NCBI GenBank assembly: GCA_041687435.1
Contig: JAWLBX010000015.1
Location: 5,860-69,859, forward strand
Reading direction: 5' to 3'
Length of the DNA stretch: 64,000 nucleotides
Origin: Alphaproteobacteria bacterium
Lineage (GTDB): Bacteria; Pseudomonadota; Alphaproteobacteria; Bin95
The position numbers were made by a program, and so were the translations under genes. The notes beneath the pieces are model-generated. The model did not search any database. It saw only the letters and a program-made list of their open reading frames with translations, and had not been told where the DNA came from. Within the stretch, counting starts at the first letter, position 1; the number at the start of each line of letters is the position of its first letter. This document shows positions 10,407-19,444 of this stretch, one piece after another.

Positions 10407-11561
10407 ATGCGAATTCTCGCTTCCACGGTTGCCGCTGCCATCCTGGCTTCGGGCGCGGCCATTGCCGAAGAACCGAAACTGCCCCGCACGATGGTTTGGA
10501 GCGCTTACGACCTGGGTTCCTCCGGCTATGCCGAAGCGACCGGTATCGCCAACGCGCTGAAAGACAAGTACGGCACCCGCATTCGCATTGTGCCGGCTGG
10601 CACCTCGATCGGCCGGATGCTGCCGATGGTGACGGGCAAGGTCACCTACGGCTTCCTGGCGAACGAGGCGTTTTTTGCCGCTGAAGGCACCTATGATTTT
10701 GCGACCGAGCAGTGGGGCCCGCAGAACATCCGCATCGTCATGGGCCGCTTGGCCTCTAACGGCATTGCCACGGCCGGCGATATCGGTGTCAACAGCATTG
10801 CCGACCTCAAAGGCAAGCGGCTTGGCTTCGTCAAGGGCAACCCGTCCGTTAATGTCAAAAACGACGCCTATCTGGCCTTCGGCGGCCTGACCCGCGACGA
10901 CGTCGAGATGGTCTGGTTCGGCTCCTACAATGCCATGAAGACCGCCGTGCTCGCCAACCAGCTCGACGCCTTCGGCAGTGTCACCACATCGGCCAACATG
11001 CGTGAGATTGAGGCGAGCCCGCGCGGCATCACCTGGCCACCCTTCCCGCCGGAGGACAAGGAAGGCTGGGAACGGATGAGCAAGGTCGTCAGCTTCCTCT
11101 CCCCCTACCACGAGACTCGTGGTGGCGGCATTTCCGAGGAAAACCCGGTGGACCTGGTCGGCTACCGCTATCCGATGATCACGGTGTACGAGAACGCAGC
11201 ATCCGCGGACGAAGTCTATAACCTGGTCAAGGCGATCGACCTGTCCTACGAAGACTTCAAGAACACCACGTCGAGCTCGTTCAACTGGAAGCTGGAAGTC
11301 GCAGCGCGCCCGCCTTACGACGCGCCCGCACATGAAGGCACCGTCCGCTACCTGAAGGAAAAAGACCTGTGGCGTGACGAAGATCAGGCTTGGCAGGAAG
11401 CCCGCCTCGACCGCCTGAACAAGGTGCTGGAAGCCTGGGACGAGGCGCAGGCCGAGTTCACCGACTGGCGGATTGCTGAACAGGAAAAAGGCAACAAGGT
11501 GGACCCCAAGGAAGCCTGGCCGGAATACTGGGAGAAAGCCCGCATGGAAAAGCTGAACTAG
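10407..11561 (+). CDS. TAXI-family TRAP transporter solute-binding protein (paralog 1 of 4)
   Basis: Signal peptide (MRILASTVAAAILASGAAIA) and TAXI-family hallmarks ('MVWSAYDLGSSGYAEATGIA', 'RIVPAGTSIGR', 'GNPSVNVKNDAYLAFGGL'). GGAGG RBS upstream. Confidence 0.85.
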   Translation: MRILASTVAAAILASGAAIAEEPKLPRTMVWSAYDLGSSGYAEATGIANALKDKYGTRIRIVPAGTSIGRMLPMVTGKVTYGFLANEAFFAAEGTYDFATEQWGPQNIRIVMGRLASNGIATAGDIGVNSIADLKGKRLGFVKGNPSVNVKNDAYLAFGGLTRDDVEMVWFGSYNAMKTAVLANQLDAFGSVTTSANMREIEASPRGITWPPFPPEDKEGWERMSKVVSFLSPYHETRGGGISEENPVDLVGYRYPMITVYENAASADEVYNLVKAIDLSYEDFKNTTSSSFNWKLEVAARPPYDAPAHEGTVRYLKEKDLWRDEDQAWQEARLDRLNKVLEAWDEAQAEFTDWRIAEQEKGNKVDPKEAWPEYWEKARMEKLN

Positions 11562-11590
11562 GCTGATTCCATCGCGAATTGCGATCCCAA

Positions 11591-11620
11591 GCCGCCGGCA
11601 GTACTGCCGGCGGCTTTTTT
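11591..11620 (+). terminator. rho-independent terminator after TAXI paralog 1
   Basis: GC hairpin gccgccggcagtactgccggcggc followed by TTTTTT. Confidence 0.6.
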
Positions 11621-11739
11621 CATAACAGTGTCAGTAACCTCATTTAATTTGACAAAACCGGCGGATGATCGTCCCATCTCCCCCAGCCAAAGCAGGGATC
11701 AACCTGCCTGGAGCGGAGACAGAGGAAGGAAAACGCCTG

Positions 11740-12894
11740 ATGTTACGAACAACCGCTACTGCAATCATCGCGGCATGCCTCAGCACGGCAGCATTCGCCG
11801 ACGATCCCAAATTACCCAAGTCGATGGTGTGGAGCGCCTACGACCTGGGCTCCTCCGGCTATGCCGAGGCGACCGGCATCGCCAACGCGCTGCGGAAAAA
11901 CCACGGCACTCGCATCCGCATTGTACCCGCCGGCACCTCCATCGGGCGTTTGCTGCCGATGGTGACAGGCAAGGTGACTTATGGGTTCCTTGCCAACGAA
12001 GTGTTCTTTGCGACCGAAGGCACCTTTGATTTCGCGACACAGCAATGGGGCCCGCAAAATCTCCGGATCGTTTCAGGCCGTGTGGCATCCGTTGGGTTTT
12101 CGGTTGCAGGCGACGTCGGCGTCAAAGAAGTCAAGGATCTGAAAGGCAAGCGCATTGGCTATGTCCGGGGCAACCCCTCGGTCAATGTGAAGAACGATGC
12201 CTATCTGGCCTTCGGCGGGCTGACCCGAGGCGACATCGAACCTGTCTGGTTCGGTTCCTACAGCGCCATGAAAACCGCGCTGCTCGCCAACCAGATCGAT
12301 GCCTTCGGCAGCGTGCCCACCGCAGCCAACGTTCGCGAGATCGAAGCCAGTCCGCGCGGGCTGGTCTGGCCGCAATTCCCACCGGACGACAAGGAGGCAT
12401 GGGAAAACGTCACCAAAGTCGTCAGCTTTGCAGCACCCTACCGCGAAACCATGGGTGCCGGCATCTCTGAGGAAAACCCGCATTGGCTGGTCGGTTACCG
12501 CTACCCCATGATCTCGGTCTATCAGGACGCCGCGTCTGCGGACGAGGTCTATAACCTGATCAAAGCGATCGACCTGTCCTATGAGGACTTCAAGAACACC
12601 ACGTCGAGTTCGTCCAACTGGGCGCTGGAGAAGGCGGGGCCGCCGCCCTATGACGCGCCGACCCATGAAGGCACCATCCGCTATCTGAAGGAAAAAGGCC
12701 TGTGGACCGACGAGCATCAGGCCTGGCAGGAAAACCGCCTGGACCGCCTCAACAAGGTGCTCGCCGCCTGGGACGAGGCTCAGGCCGAGTTCACCGACTG
12801 GCGGATTGCCGAGCAGGAAAAAGGCAACAAGATCGATGCTGACGAAGCCTGGCCGGAATACTGGGAAAAAGCCCGCATGGAAAAGCTGAACTAA
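11740..12894 (+). CDS. TAXI-family TRAP transporter solute-binding protein (paralog 2 of 4)
   Basis: Very close paralog of the preceding gene; long stretches are identical, including the C-terminal 'AQAEFTDWRIAEQEKGNK' and 'EAWPEYWEKARMEKLN'. Signal peptide present. AGGAAGGA RBS upstream. Confidence 0.85.
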   Translation: MLRTTATAIIAACLSTAAFADDPKLPKSMVWSAYDLGSSGYAEATGIANALRKNHGTRIRIVPAGTSIGRLLPMVTGKVTYGFLANEVFFATEGTFDFATQQWGPQNLRIVSGRVASVGFSVAGDVGVKEVKDLKGKRIGYVRGNPSVNVKNDAYLAFGGLTRGDIEPVWFGSYSAMKTALLANQIDAFGSVPTAANVREIEASPRGLVWPQFPPDDKEAWENVTKVVSFAAPYRETMGAGISEENPHWLVGYRYPMISVYQDAASADEVYNLIKAIDLSYEDFKNTTSSSSNWALEKAGPPPYDAPTHEGTIRYLKEKGLWTDEHQAWQENRLDRLNKVLAAWDEAQAEFTDWRIAEQEKGNKIDADEAWPEYWEKARMEKLN

Positions 12895-12920
12895 GCCAGA
12901 CCGGCAAAACGCCCCCCAAA

Positions 12921-12950
12921 GCCGCCGGCGAGATCGCCGGCGGCTTTTTG
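12921..12950 (+). terminator. rho-independent terminator after TAXI paralog 2
   Basis: Hairpin gccgccggcgagatcgccggcggc followed by TTTTT. Confidence 0.6.
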
Positions 12951-13068
12951 TGTTATCACGAGTATCTATCGTACATTTGTGTTTGACAAAATTTTTCCAG
13001 GGGCGTTGCTTTTTCGTCCCCCAAAGCCGGATCAACCGGTGGGATGAAACAAACGGGAAGGAAAACGC

Positions 13069-14223
13069 TTGATGATACGCACAATCGCAACAGCAGTTAT
13101 GGTCGCCGGGCTTGGCTCCGCAGCCCTGGCCGCGGAGCCTGCCATACCGAAAACGATGGTCTGGACCGCCTATGACCTGGGCTCGACCGGCTATGCCGAA
13201 GCCACCGGCATCAGCAATGCCTTCAAAAAGAATTACGGCACGCGCGTCCGAATCATCCCGGCAGGCACATCTATCGGCCGGATTTTGCCGCTGGTGACTG
13301 GCAAGGCCACTTACGGCTATCTGGCCAATGAGGCCTATTTCGCCGCCGAAGGCACCTATGACTTCGCCACCCAGCAGTGGGGGCCGCAGGATATCCGCAT
13401 CATCGCCGGGCGTGTCGCCTCGGTCGGGATGGCGGTTGCGGGCGATATCGGCGTCAAAACCATTGCCGACCTCAAGGGCAAGCGTATCGGCTTCGTCAAG
13501 GGCAACCCGTCCGTCAACGTCAAGAACGAGGCTTATTTGGCCTTTGGCGGCCTGACCCTCGACGATATCCAGCCTGTCTGGTTCGGCTCCTACAGCGCCC
13601 TAAAGACAGCCGTACTCGCCACTCAGCTCGATGCCTATGGCAGCGCCACCGGCTCCGCCAATAGGCGGGAAATTGAGGCGAGCCCGCGCGGGCTGGTCTG
13701 GCCGGAATTCCGGCCGGAGAATACGGAGGGCTGGAAGGCGATGCAGGATATCCTCAGCTTCACCGCCCCTTATAAGGAAACCGTTGGCGCCGCATTGTCG
13801 GAAGAAAACCCGTCATGGCTTGTGGGCTTCCGCTACCCGATGGTGACGGTCTATCCACGATCCGTTGGTGCTGACGAGGCCTACGCCTTCGCCAAGGCCA
13901 TGCACGAAAGCTATGATGACTACAAAAATACCAACGCCCTCTCCCCGAATTGGGAAATGAGCAAGGCTGGCCCGCCGCCCTACGACGCACCGGCCCATGA
14001 AGGCAGCATCCGCTACCTGAAGGAGCAAGGGTTCTGGACCGCGGAACACCAGGATTGGCAGGACAAGCGCCTCGACCGCCTGAATGCGGTGCTGGAAGCG
14101 TGGGACAACGCGCAGGCGGAATTCCATGATTGGCGCGAGGCCGAGAAGGCCAAGGGCAACACGATCGACGCCGAGGCGGCCTGGGCTGAACATTGGGCCA
14201 AATACCGCGCCAGGCACCTGTGA
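13069..14223 (+). CDS. TAXI-family TRAP transporter solute-binding protein (paralog 3 of 4)
   Basis: Same family motifs (MVWTAYDLGSTGYAEATGIS, RIIPAGTSIGR, GNPSVNVKNEAYLAFGGL) and a signal peptide. More diverged from copies 1 and 2. Confidence 0.85.
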   Translation: MMIRTIATAVMVAGLGSAALAAEPAIPKTMVWTAYDLGSTGYAEATGISNAFKKNYGTRVRIIPAGTSIGRILPLVTGKATYGYLANEAYFAAEGTYDFATQQWGPQDIRIIAGRVASVGMAVAGDIGVKTIADLKGKRIGFVKGNPSVNVKNEAYLAFGGLTLDDIQPVWFGSYSALKTAVLATQLDAYGSATGSANRREIEASPRGLVWPEFRPENTEGWKAMQDILSFTAPYKETVGAALSEENPSWLVGFRYPMVTVYPRSVGADEAYAFAKAMHESYDDYKNTNALSPNWEMSKAGPPPYDAPAHEGSIRYLKEQGFWTAEHQDWQDKRLDRLNAVLEAWDNAQAEFHDWREAEKAKGNTIDAEAAWAEHWAKYRARHL

Positions 14224-14393
14224 TCCCCGGCACGGACCCAACCCGATGTGAGAAACCACCGGTCCTTTAAGGGGCCGGTGGTGCATCTAATGGTATGCAA
14301 ATTTGAAATTGACAGACTGCCCGCAAACGGTTCGGATAGAGCCGCTTGCCGGTCGGTTTGATGGCAACAACAGACAGAATGGAGAAAACGTCT

Positions 14394-15542
14394 ATGATTC
14401 GAACCCTTTTGACGCTGGCCATGGCCGGCGCAACCTCGGCGGCGCTCGCGGCAGAGCCGCAGCTGCCGAAAACTATGGTCTGGACCGCTTACGACTTAGG
14501 TTCGTCCGGTTATGCCGAAGCCACCGGCATGGCCAATGCTTTCAAAAAACGGTTCGGAACACGCGTCCGCATCATTCCTGCCGGCACCTCTATCGGCCGC
14601 ATGCTGCCATTGGTGACGGGCAAGGCAAGCTATGGCTTCCTGGCCAACGAAGCGTATTTCGCAGCCGAAGGCACCTATGATTTCGCTGACGAGCAATGGG
14701 GGCCGCAGGATATCCGCATCGTTCTCGGCAAGCCGACCTCCAACGCCATTGCGGTCGCAGCCGACACCGGTGTCAAAACAGTCTATGATTTGAAGGGCTT
14801 GCGGCTTGGCTATGTGAAAGGCAACCCTTCCGTCAATGTCAAGCACGATGCCTATCTGGCATTCGCCGGGCTGACGCGCGACGATATCGAAGTGATCTGG
14901 TTTGGTTCTTACAGCGCACTGAAAACCGCAGTGCTGGCCAACCAGATCGACGGCTATTCAAGCGTGACCACGTCGGCCAACATGCGTGAGATTGAGGCGA
15001 GCCCGCGCGGCCTGTGGTATGCGCAGGTACCGCCGGAGGACAAGGAAGGCTGGAAGAAGCTGACGGACGTCGTCGACTTTGTGAAGCCGATGGTTGAAAC
15101 GCAGGGTGCTGCGCTCAGCAAGGAAAAGCCGGCAAACCTGACGCAGATGCGCTATCCGATGGTCACCGTCTATCCGAAGGATGTGGGTGCCGACGAAGCG
15201 TACAATTTTGTGATGGCTGCCGATATCGCGTTCGATGACTACAAGGATGCAACGGCGACTGGCGAGTTCTGGGCTGTCGATCAAGCAGGCCCGCCACCTT
15301 ACGACGCGCCGGCTCACGAAGGCACCATCCGCTACCTGAAGGAAAAAGGCATCTGGACGGACGAGCATCAAGCCTGGCAGGACAACCGCCTGGCACGGTT
15401 GAACAAATACCTCGACCAATGGGGCGAGGCGCAGGCCGAATTTCACGAATGGCGTGAGGCCGAAGGGGCGAAAGGCAACAAGATCGACCCGAAAGAGGCT
15501 TGGCCGGGATATTGGGAGAAATACCGGATGGGCCAGAAGTAA
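14394..15542 (+). CDS. TAXI-family TRAP transporter solute-binding protein (paralog 4 of 4)
   Basis: Same family motifs and a signal peptide. Start at the internal ATG with a GGAGAAAA RBS. Confidence 0.85.
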   Translation: MIRTLLTLAMAGATSAALAAEPQLPKTMVWTAYDLGSSGYAEATGMANAFKKRFGTRVRIIPAGTSIGRMLPLVTGKASYGFLANEAYFAAEGTYDFADEQWGPQDIRIVLGKPTSNAIAVAADTGVKTVYDLKGLRLGYVKGNPSVNVKHDAYLAFAGLTRDDIEVIWFGSYSALKTAVLANQIDGYSSVTTSANMREIEASPRGLWYAQVPPEDKEGWKKLTDVVDFVKPMVETQGAALSKEKPANLTQMRYPMVTVYPKDVGADEAYNFVMAADIAFDDYKDATATGEFWAVDQAGPPPYDAPAHEGTIRYLKEKGIWTDEHQAWQDNRLARLNKYLDQWGEAQAEFHEWREAEGAKGNKIDPKEAWPGYWEKYRMGQK

Positions 15543-15559
15543 ACCATCCGGTGCCACTG

Positions 15560-15600
15560 GCGGGCCGCAAGCATCACTGCTTGCGGCCCGTTTTCGTTTC
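15560..15600. terminator. bidirectional rho-independent terminator
   Basis: Hairpin gcgggccgcaagc-atcact-gcttgcggcccg followed by TTTTCGTTTC. It sits between the convergent TAXI paralog 4 and a small minus-strand ORF. Confidence 0.6.
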
Positions 15601-15611
15601 TGCCGGCGACC

Positions 15612-15872
15612 TCAGTCGATCAGCAGATGCCTGACGATGGCTGCGTCCCGGCGTTGACAGGCGAGGATCGCCTGCTCCATCCGGTCGTTTGCATTCGTTT
15701 CCGGATGCAGCATCCAGTTAGCCAGCCAGTTGATGGCGCGGCGCACCATGGCTGCGTCCTTCTGCTGGGAGGTGAGGATCGCACGCTCCAGCTTGTCGTC
15801 GATCGGAGCTGGGCCGCTATGCTGCGACGCACCATTACCGAAGAAATTGGACGGGTAAGAGATAACACCCAC
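15612..15872 (-). CDS. hypothetical small protein with an internal tandem repeat
   Basis: 86-aa ORF containing a duplicated ~25-aa unit (LERAILTSQQKDAAMVRRAI / MEQAILACQRRDAAIVRHLL), mirrored by a ~55-bp DNA repeat at period ~103 bp. Whether it is coding is uncertain. Confidence 0.3.
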   Translation of the reverse strand: MGVISYPSNFFGNGASQHSGPAPIDDKLERAILTSQQKDAAMVRRAINWLANWMLHPETNANDRMEQAILACQRRDAAIVRHLLID

Positions 15873-16181
15873 GGTTCATACTCCGCGTAAACCTAAGCGA
15901 CCTCGCCGTTCGAGATCGCCTGTCTGATATCGTCTGCGACGGGGTATTCCACCAGACGTTGTTTTGCAACGCAGCAATGCAAGGCACGCATGGCCTGTTC
16001 CCCCGCCTCGCATCCGGCGCATTCATTCTGCCATTCTGCGCGGCGTATCGCGGCCAGTTGCCAGACACCCAACAAATCTGATGCGATCCACAGCGAGGCT
16101 ATGGCATTGCTGTTGCCAGGGCGACCGCAGATCGCCAAATCTGTTTGCATAGGCCGCCCTTCGCGGCCAGAGGATGCTGTT

Positions 16182-18209
16182 ATGCCCGCTTTCTTGCTGT
16201 CCGCTCCGGCCAAGGCTCGGCTCGCCGACGCCCTGGCCGCATGTGCCAACGCTGTTGCCTTGCCCGATGCATTGACTTTGCTCGATGGCTTGAATGGCGC
16301 GCCCGCCAGCGGTCTGGCTGCCGATGCAGACCTGTGGACACGCCTCTTCGCGCCCGTCCCTTCGCCGGAATTGATCGACGCACTGGCCGCCGCGAAAGCC
16401 GCCATGGCCGAACCGCGCCCCCCTGCCCTGCCCCTTGTCAGGCGTTTGCCGGCATTGCGGGAGGAGTTGGCACGGCTTGGGCTCGATGGCTTCATCATCC
16501 CCCATGGCGACGAGCATCAGAGCGAATTCATCCCGGCAGCCAGCGCAAGGCTCGCATGGCTGACAGGGTTCACGGGTTCAGCCGGCACTGCTGTGGTCCT
16601 GCGGGATAAAGCGGCGATTTTCGTGGATGGTCGATACACCCTGCAGGTGCGCGACCAAGTCAATACGGATCTGCTCGAGACTCTGCACGTGACCGACAAC
16701 CCGCCGGCCGGCTGGATCGCAGCAAACCTGCCAGCCGATGGAACGCTAGGGCTCGATCCTTGGCTGCATGGGGCCGATGCGGTGGAGCGTTACGAGGAAG
16801 CCGCGACGAAAGCCGGCGGACGGCTCGAATTGGTCGATAGCAACCCTGTCGATACGATCTGGACGGACCGGCCGGCAAAACCACTGGCGCCGGTAATCCC
16901 ACACCCGGACCGTCATGCCGGCGAGACCAGCGATTCGAAACGGCAGCGTCTCGCCGAAAGGCTGGCGGAAGATGGCATAGCCGCAGCAGTATTGAGCCAA
17001 CCGGATTCGATTGCCTGGCTGTTGAATGTGCGCGGCGGCGATGTCGCCCACACGCCCCTGGCACTCAGCTTTGCCCTGCTGCATAGCGATGGTCGGGTTG
17101 ACTGGTTCTGCGACTGGCGCAAGATTCTGCCGGAAACGCGCTCCCATGTTGGCAACTGCGTGCACATCGAACCGCCGGAGGTGCTGGGCCGAGCCCTGGA
17201 CCAGCTTGGAAAAACGAACGCCAATGTGCAGGTGGACCGACAGGCAACGCCGGCCTGGGTGCAGCGACGGCTGACAGCGGCCGGGGCTGTTCTAAAAAAT
17301 GGCACCGACCCCTGCGTCGCGCCGCGCGCCGCCAAGAACGCGGTGGAATTGGATGGCGCGCGCCAGGCCCATCGGCGCGACGCGGTCGCAATGGCCCGCT
17401 TTCTTGCCTGGGTCGATGCCAACGGCCCCAATGGAACGGTTGGCGAGGTTCAGGCAGCGGATCAATTGCTGGCCTTCCGCCAGCAGGTCGAGGGTTTCCG
17501 CGACCAAAGCTTCCCCACCATTTCCGGTTATGGCCCGAACGGCGCAATCGTCCATTACCGGGCAACGGCCGCAACCGAACGCCGCCTGGAGCCGGACTCG
17601 CTCTACCTGGTCGACTCCGGTGGCCAGTATAACGATGGCACAACCGACATCACCCGCACGGTTTGCATCGGCGAGCCAACACCCGTGATGCGCCGCGCCT
17701 TCACACGCGTGCTGCAAGGCCATATCGGCCTCGCAACGGCCCGTTTCCCCGCAGGTACTATCGGCACACAACTGGATGTGCTGGCACGGGCGCCATTATG
17801 GGCAGAAGGGTGTGATTTTGACCACGGCACCGGCCATGGCGTCGGCTCGTACCTGGGCGTGCATGAAGGGCCGCAGCGGATTGCCAAAACCGGAACGACG
17901 GCGCTGGTGTCCGGCATGATCGTTTCAAACGAGCCCGGCTATTACCGGGCCGGCGCCTTCGGGATTCGCACTGAAAACCTTCTGGTGGTGCGGGAGGCCG
18001 AGGGGGCGGGCCGGGACGGCCGCAAGTTTCTGGAATTCGAGACCATTACGCTGGTGCCGATCGACCGCCGCCTAATCGACAAGACCCTGCTCACCCCGGT
18101 AGAGCGGGCCTGGCTGAACGCTTATCACGCCCGGGTTCTGACCGAAATCGGGCCGGCGCTCGACGCAGAAACCCGGGCCTGGCTGGCAGAGGCAACGGCG
18201 CCGCTATAA
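16182..18209 (+). CDS. Xaa-Pro aminopeptidase (aminopeptidase P, M24B family)
   Basis: C-terminal M24 pita-bread metal-ligand motifs (VDSGGQYNDGTTDITRT, HGTGHGVGSYLGVHE, SNEPGYY, GIRTEN) and an N-terminal creatinase-like domain. The start is uncertain; ATG 16404 would give a more typical ~600-aa protein. Confidence 0.8.
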   Translation: MPAFLLSAPAKARLADALAACANAVALPDALTLLDGLNGAPASGLAADADLWTRLFAPVPSPELIDALAAAKAAMAEPRPPALPLVRRLPALREELARLGLDGFIIPHGDEHQSEFIPAASARLAWLTGFTGSAGTAVVLRDKAAIFVDGRYTLQVRDQVNTDLLETLHVTDNPPAGWIAANLPADGTLGLDPWLHGADAVERYEEAATKAGGRLELVDSNPVDTIWTDRPAKPLAPVIPHPDRHAGETSDSKRQRLAERLAEDGIAAAVLSQPDSIAWLLNVRGGDVAHTPLALSFALLHSDGRVDWFCDWRKILPETRSHVGNCVHIEPPEVLGRALDQLGKTNANVQVDRQATPAWVQRRLTAAGAVLKNGTDPCVAPRAAKNAVELDGARQAHRRDAVAMARFLAWVDANGPNGTVGEVQAADQLLAFRQQVEGFRDQSFPTISGYGPNGAIVHYRATAATERRLEPDSLYLVDSGGQYNDGTTDITRTVCIGEPTPVMRRAFTRVLQGHIGLATARFPAGTIGTQLDVLARAPLWAEGCDFDHGTGHGVGSYLGVHEGPQRIAKTGTTALVSGMIVSNEPGYYRAGAFGIRTENLLVVREAEGAGRDGRKFLEFETITLVPIDRRLIDKTLLTPVERAWLNAYHARVLTEIGPALDAETRAWLAEATAPL

Positions 18210-18253
18210 AACCCGCCGCGGCCCCACTGCCATGTGCCGGCGGAAGCGCTGGC

Positions 18254-19333
18254 TCAGACAAGGCCGGCGATGCGGTCGAGTTCTGCGCCCGGCAGGTTGA
18301 AGCGTTCGGCGCCGATTCTGATTTGGCTCCAGGTCTCCGGATCCACGTCGATGCCCTCGCGGCCGCGCTGATCGCGATAGGCCCGCTCCGGGTCGCCGGG
18401 AACCAGCACCGGCTCCGCCGGGTTCGCGGGTGGTGAGGCTTTCACGTGGGCAATGGTCGCGTCAGTCTCGCTGTTGAAAAAGGCGCGGTCGACCAAGCGG
18501 CCCGGGTCGATCACCACGGACAGCATGCAGTTGATTGTCGCCGACGGCTCCCGGTTGGTTTCCGGCCGGTTAGTCCCGCCGCCGGACAGCACGCCCGCGA
18601 ACAGCTCGTTGATCAGCGCCATGCCATAACCCTTGTGCCCGCCGAAGGAGGTAAGTGCCCCTTTCGGCTCTTCATACAGCACGTTCGGGTCGCGGGTCGG
18701 CTGCCCCTTATGGTCGATCAGCGCGCCTTCCGGTGCCTCCACGCCCTTGTTGCGGGCGACACGGATCTTGCCGGCAGCAACGAAGCTGGTGGCAAAGTCC
18801 AGCAGGGTCACCGGGTTACTCTCCGTCGCCGGCATCGCTGCGGTGTAAGGATTGGTGACGTAGCGCGCATCGGAGCCACGATAGGGCGCCACCAGTGCGC
18901 CATGGCCGATGACGTTGGTGTGATGGGTGGAGACCATGCCCGCCGCCGCGCACTGCTCCGCCCAGGCGCCGATGCGGCACAGGTGGAAACTGTTGCGGAC
19001 CGCCATGACACAGACGCCGTTCTGCCTGGCGCGGTCGATGGCGATATCGAAGGCCTCCTTGCCGATGACCTGGCCGAAGCCGGCATGACCGTCCACGGTG
19101 ATCACGGCTCCCTCGTCCCGCACCACCTCGGCATGTTGGTTCACGCGGAGCGAGCCGGCCTGGGCGCATTCGAAATACCAAGGCAGCATGCCAACGCCAT
19201 GCGAATCATGGCCGGACAGGTTGGCCATGACCAGATTGTCGGCAACCAGTTCGGCCTCGTAATCGGTGGAACCCGCCGCCTTGCACATGGCACGAACGAC
19301 GGCGCGGAGGGGATCGGCGGCGATGATGGGCAT
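18254..19333 (-). CDS. Ldh family oxidoreductase (malate/L-lactate dehydrogenase family 2)
   Basis: 359 aa with Ldh_2-type motifs (SGHDSHGVGMLPWY, GGHKGYGMALINELFAGVLSGG). Confidence 0.8.
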   Translation of the reverse strand: MPIIAADPLRAVVRAMCKAAGSTDYEAELVADNLVMANLSGHDSHGVGMLPWYFECAQAGSLRVNQHAEVVRDEGAVITVDGHAGFGQVIGKEAFDIAIDRARQNGVCVMAVRNSFHLCRIGAWAEQCAAAGMVSTHHTNVIGHGALVAPYRGSDARYVTNPYTAAMPATESNPVTLLDFATSFVAAGKIRVARNKGVEAPEGALIDHKGQPTRDPNVLYEEPKGALTSFGGHKGYGMALINELFAGVLSGGGTNRPETNREPSATINCMLSVVIDPGRLVDRAFFNSETDATIAHVKASPPANPAEPVLVPGDPERAYRDQRGREGIDVDPETWSQIRIGAERFNLPGAELDRIAGLV

Positions 19334-19444
19334 TCTCTATGGCTCTGTACTGCGGAAGAGGAGGTGACAGCGCCCGCATTCGGGCGTTGAATGGACAAAA
19401 GAGCATAGCAAGCTCTGCCCGCCTTAGGAAAGCGCCGTTCAACC

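Noticed and set aside
10389-15542. Possibility that the ~1.2-kb periodic repeats are a CRISPR array or IS copies
   Set aside because: The repeat units are full-length diverged protein-coding genes (TAXI paralogs) with promoters and terminators. They are not short identical direct repeats with spacers, and no transposase is present.
15893-16498. 201-aa minus-strand ORF rich in Arg/Ala/Ser
   Set aside because: Low-complexity translation of GC-rich DNA that overlaps the aminopeptidase P coding frame and leader. No motifs.
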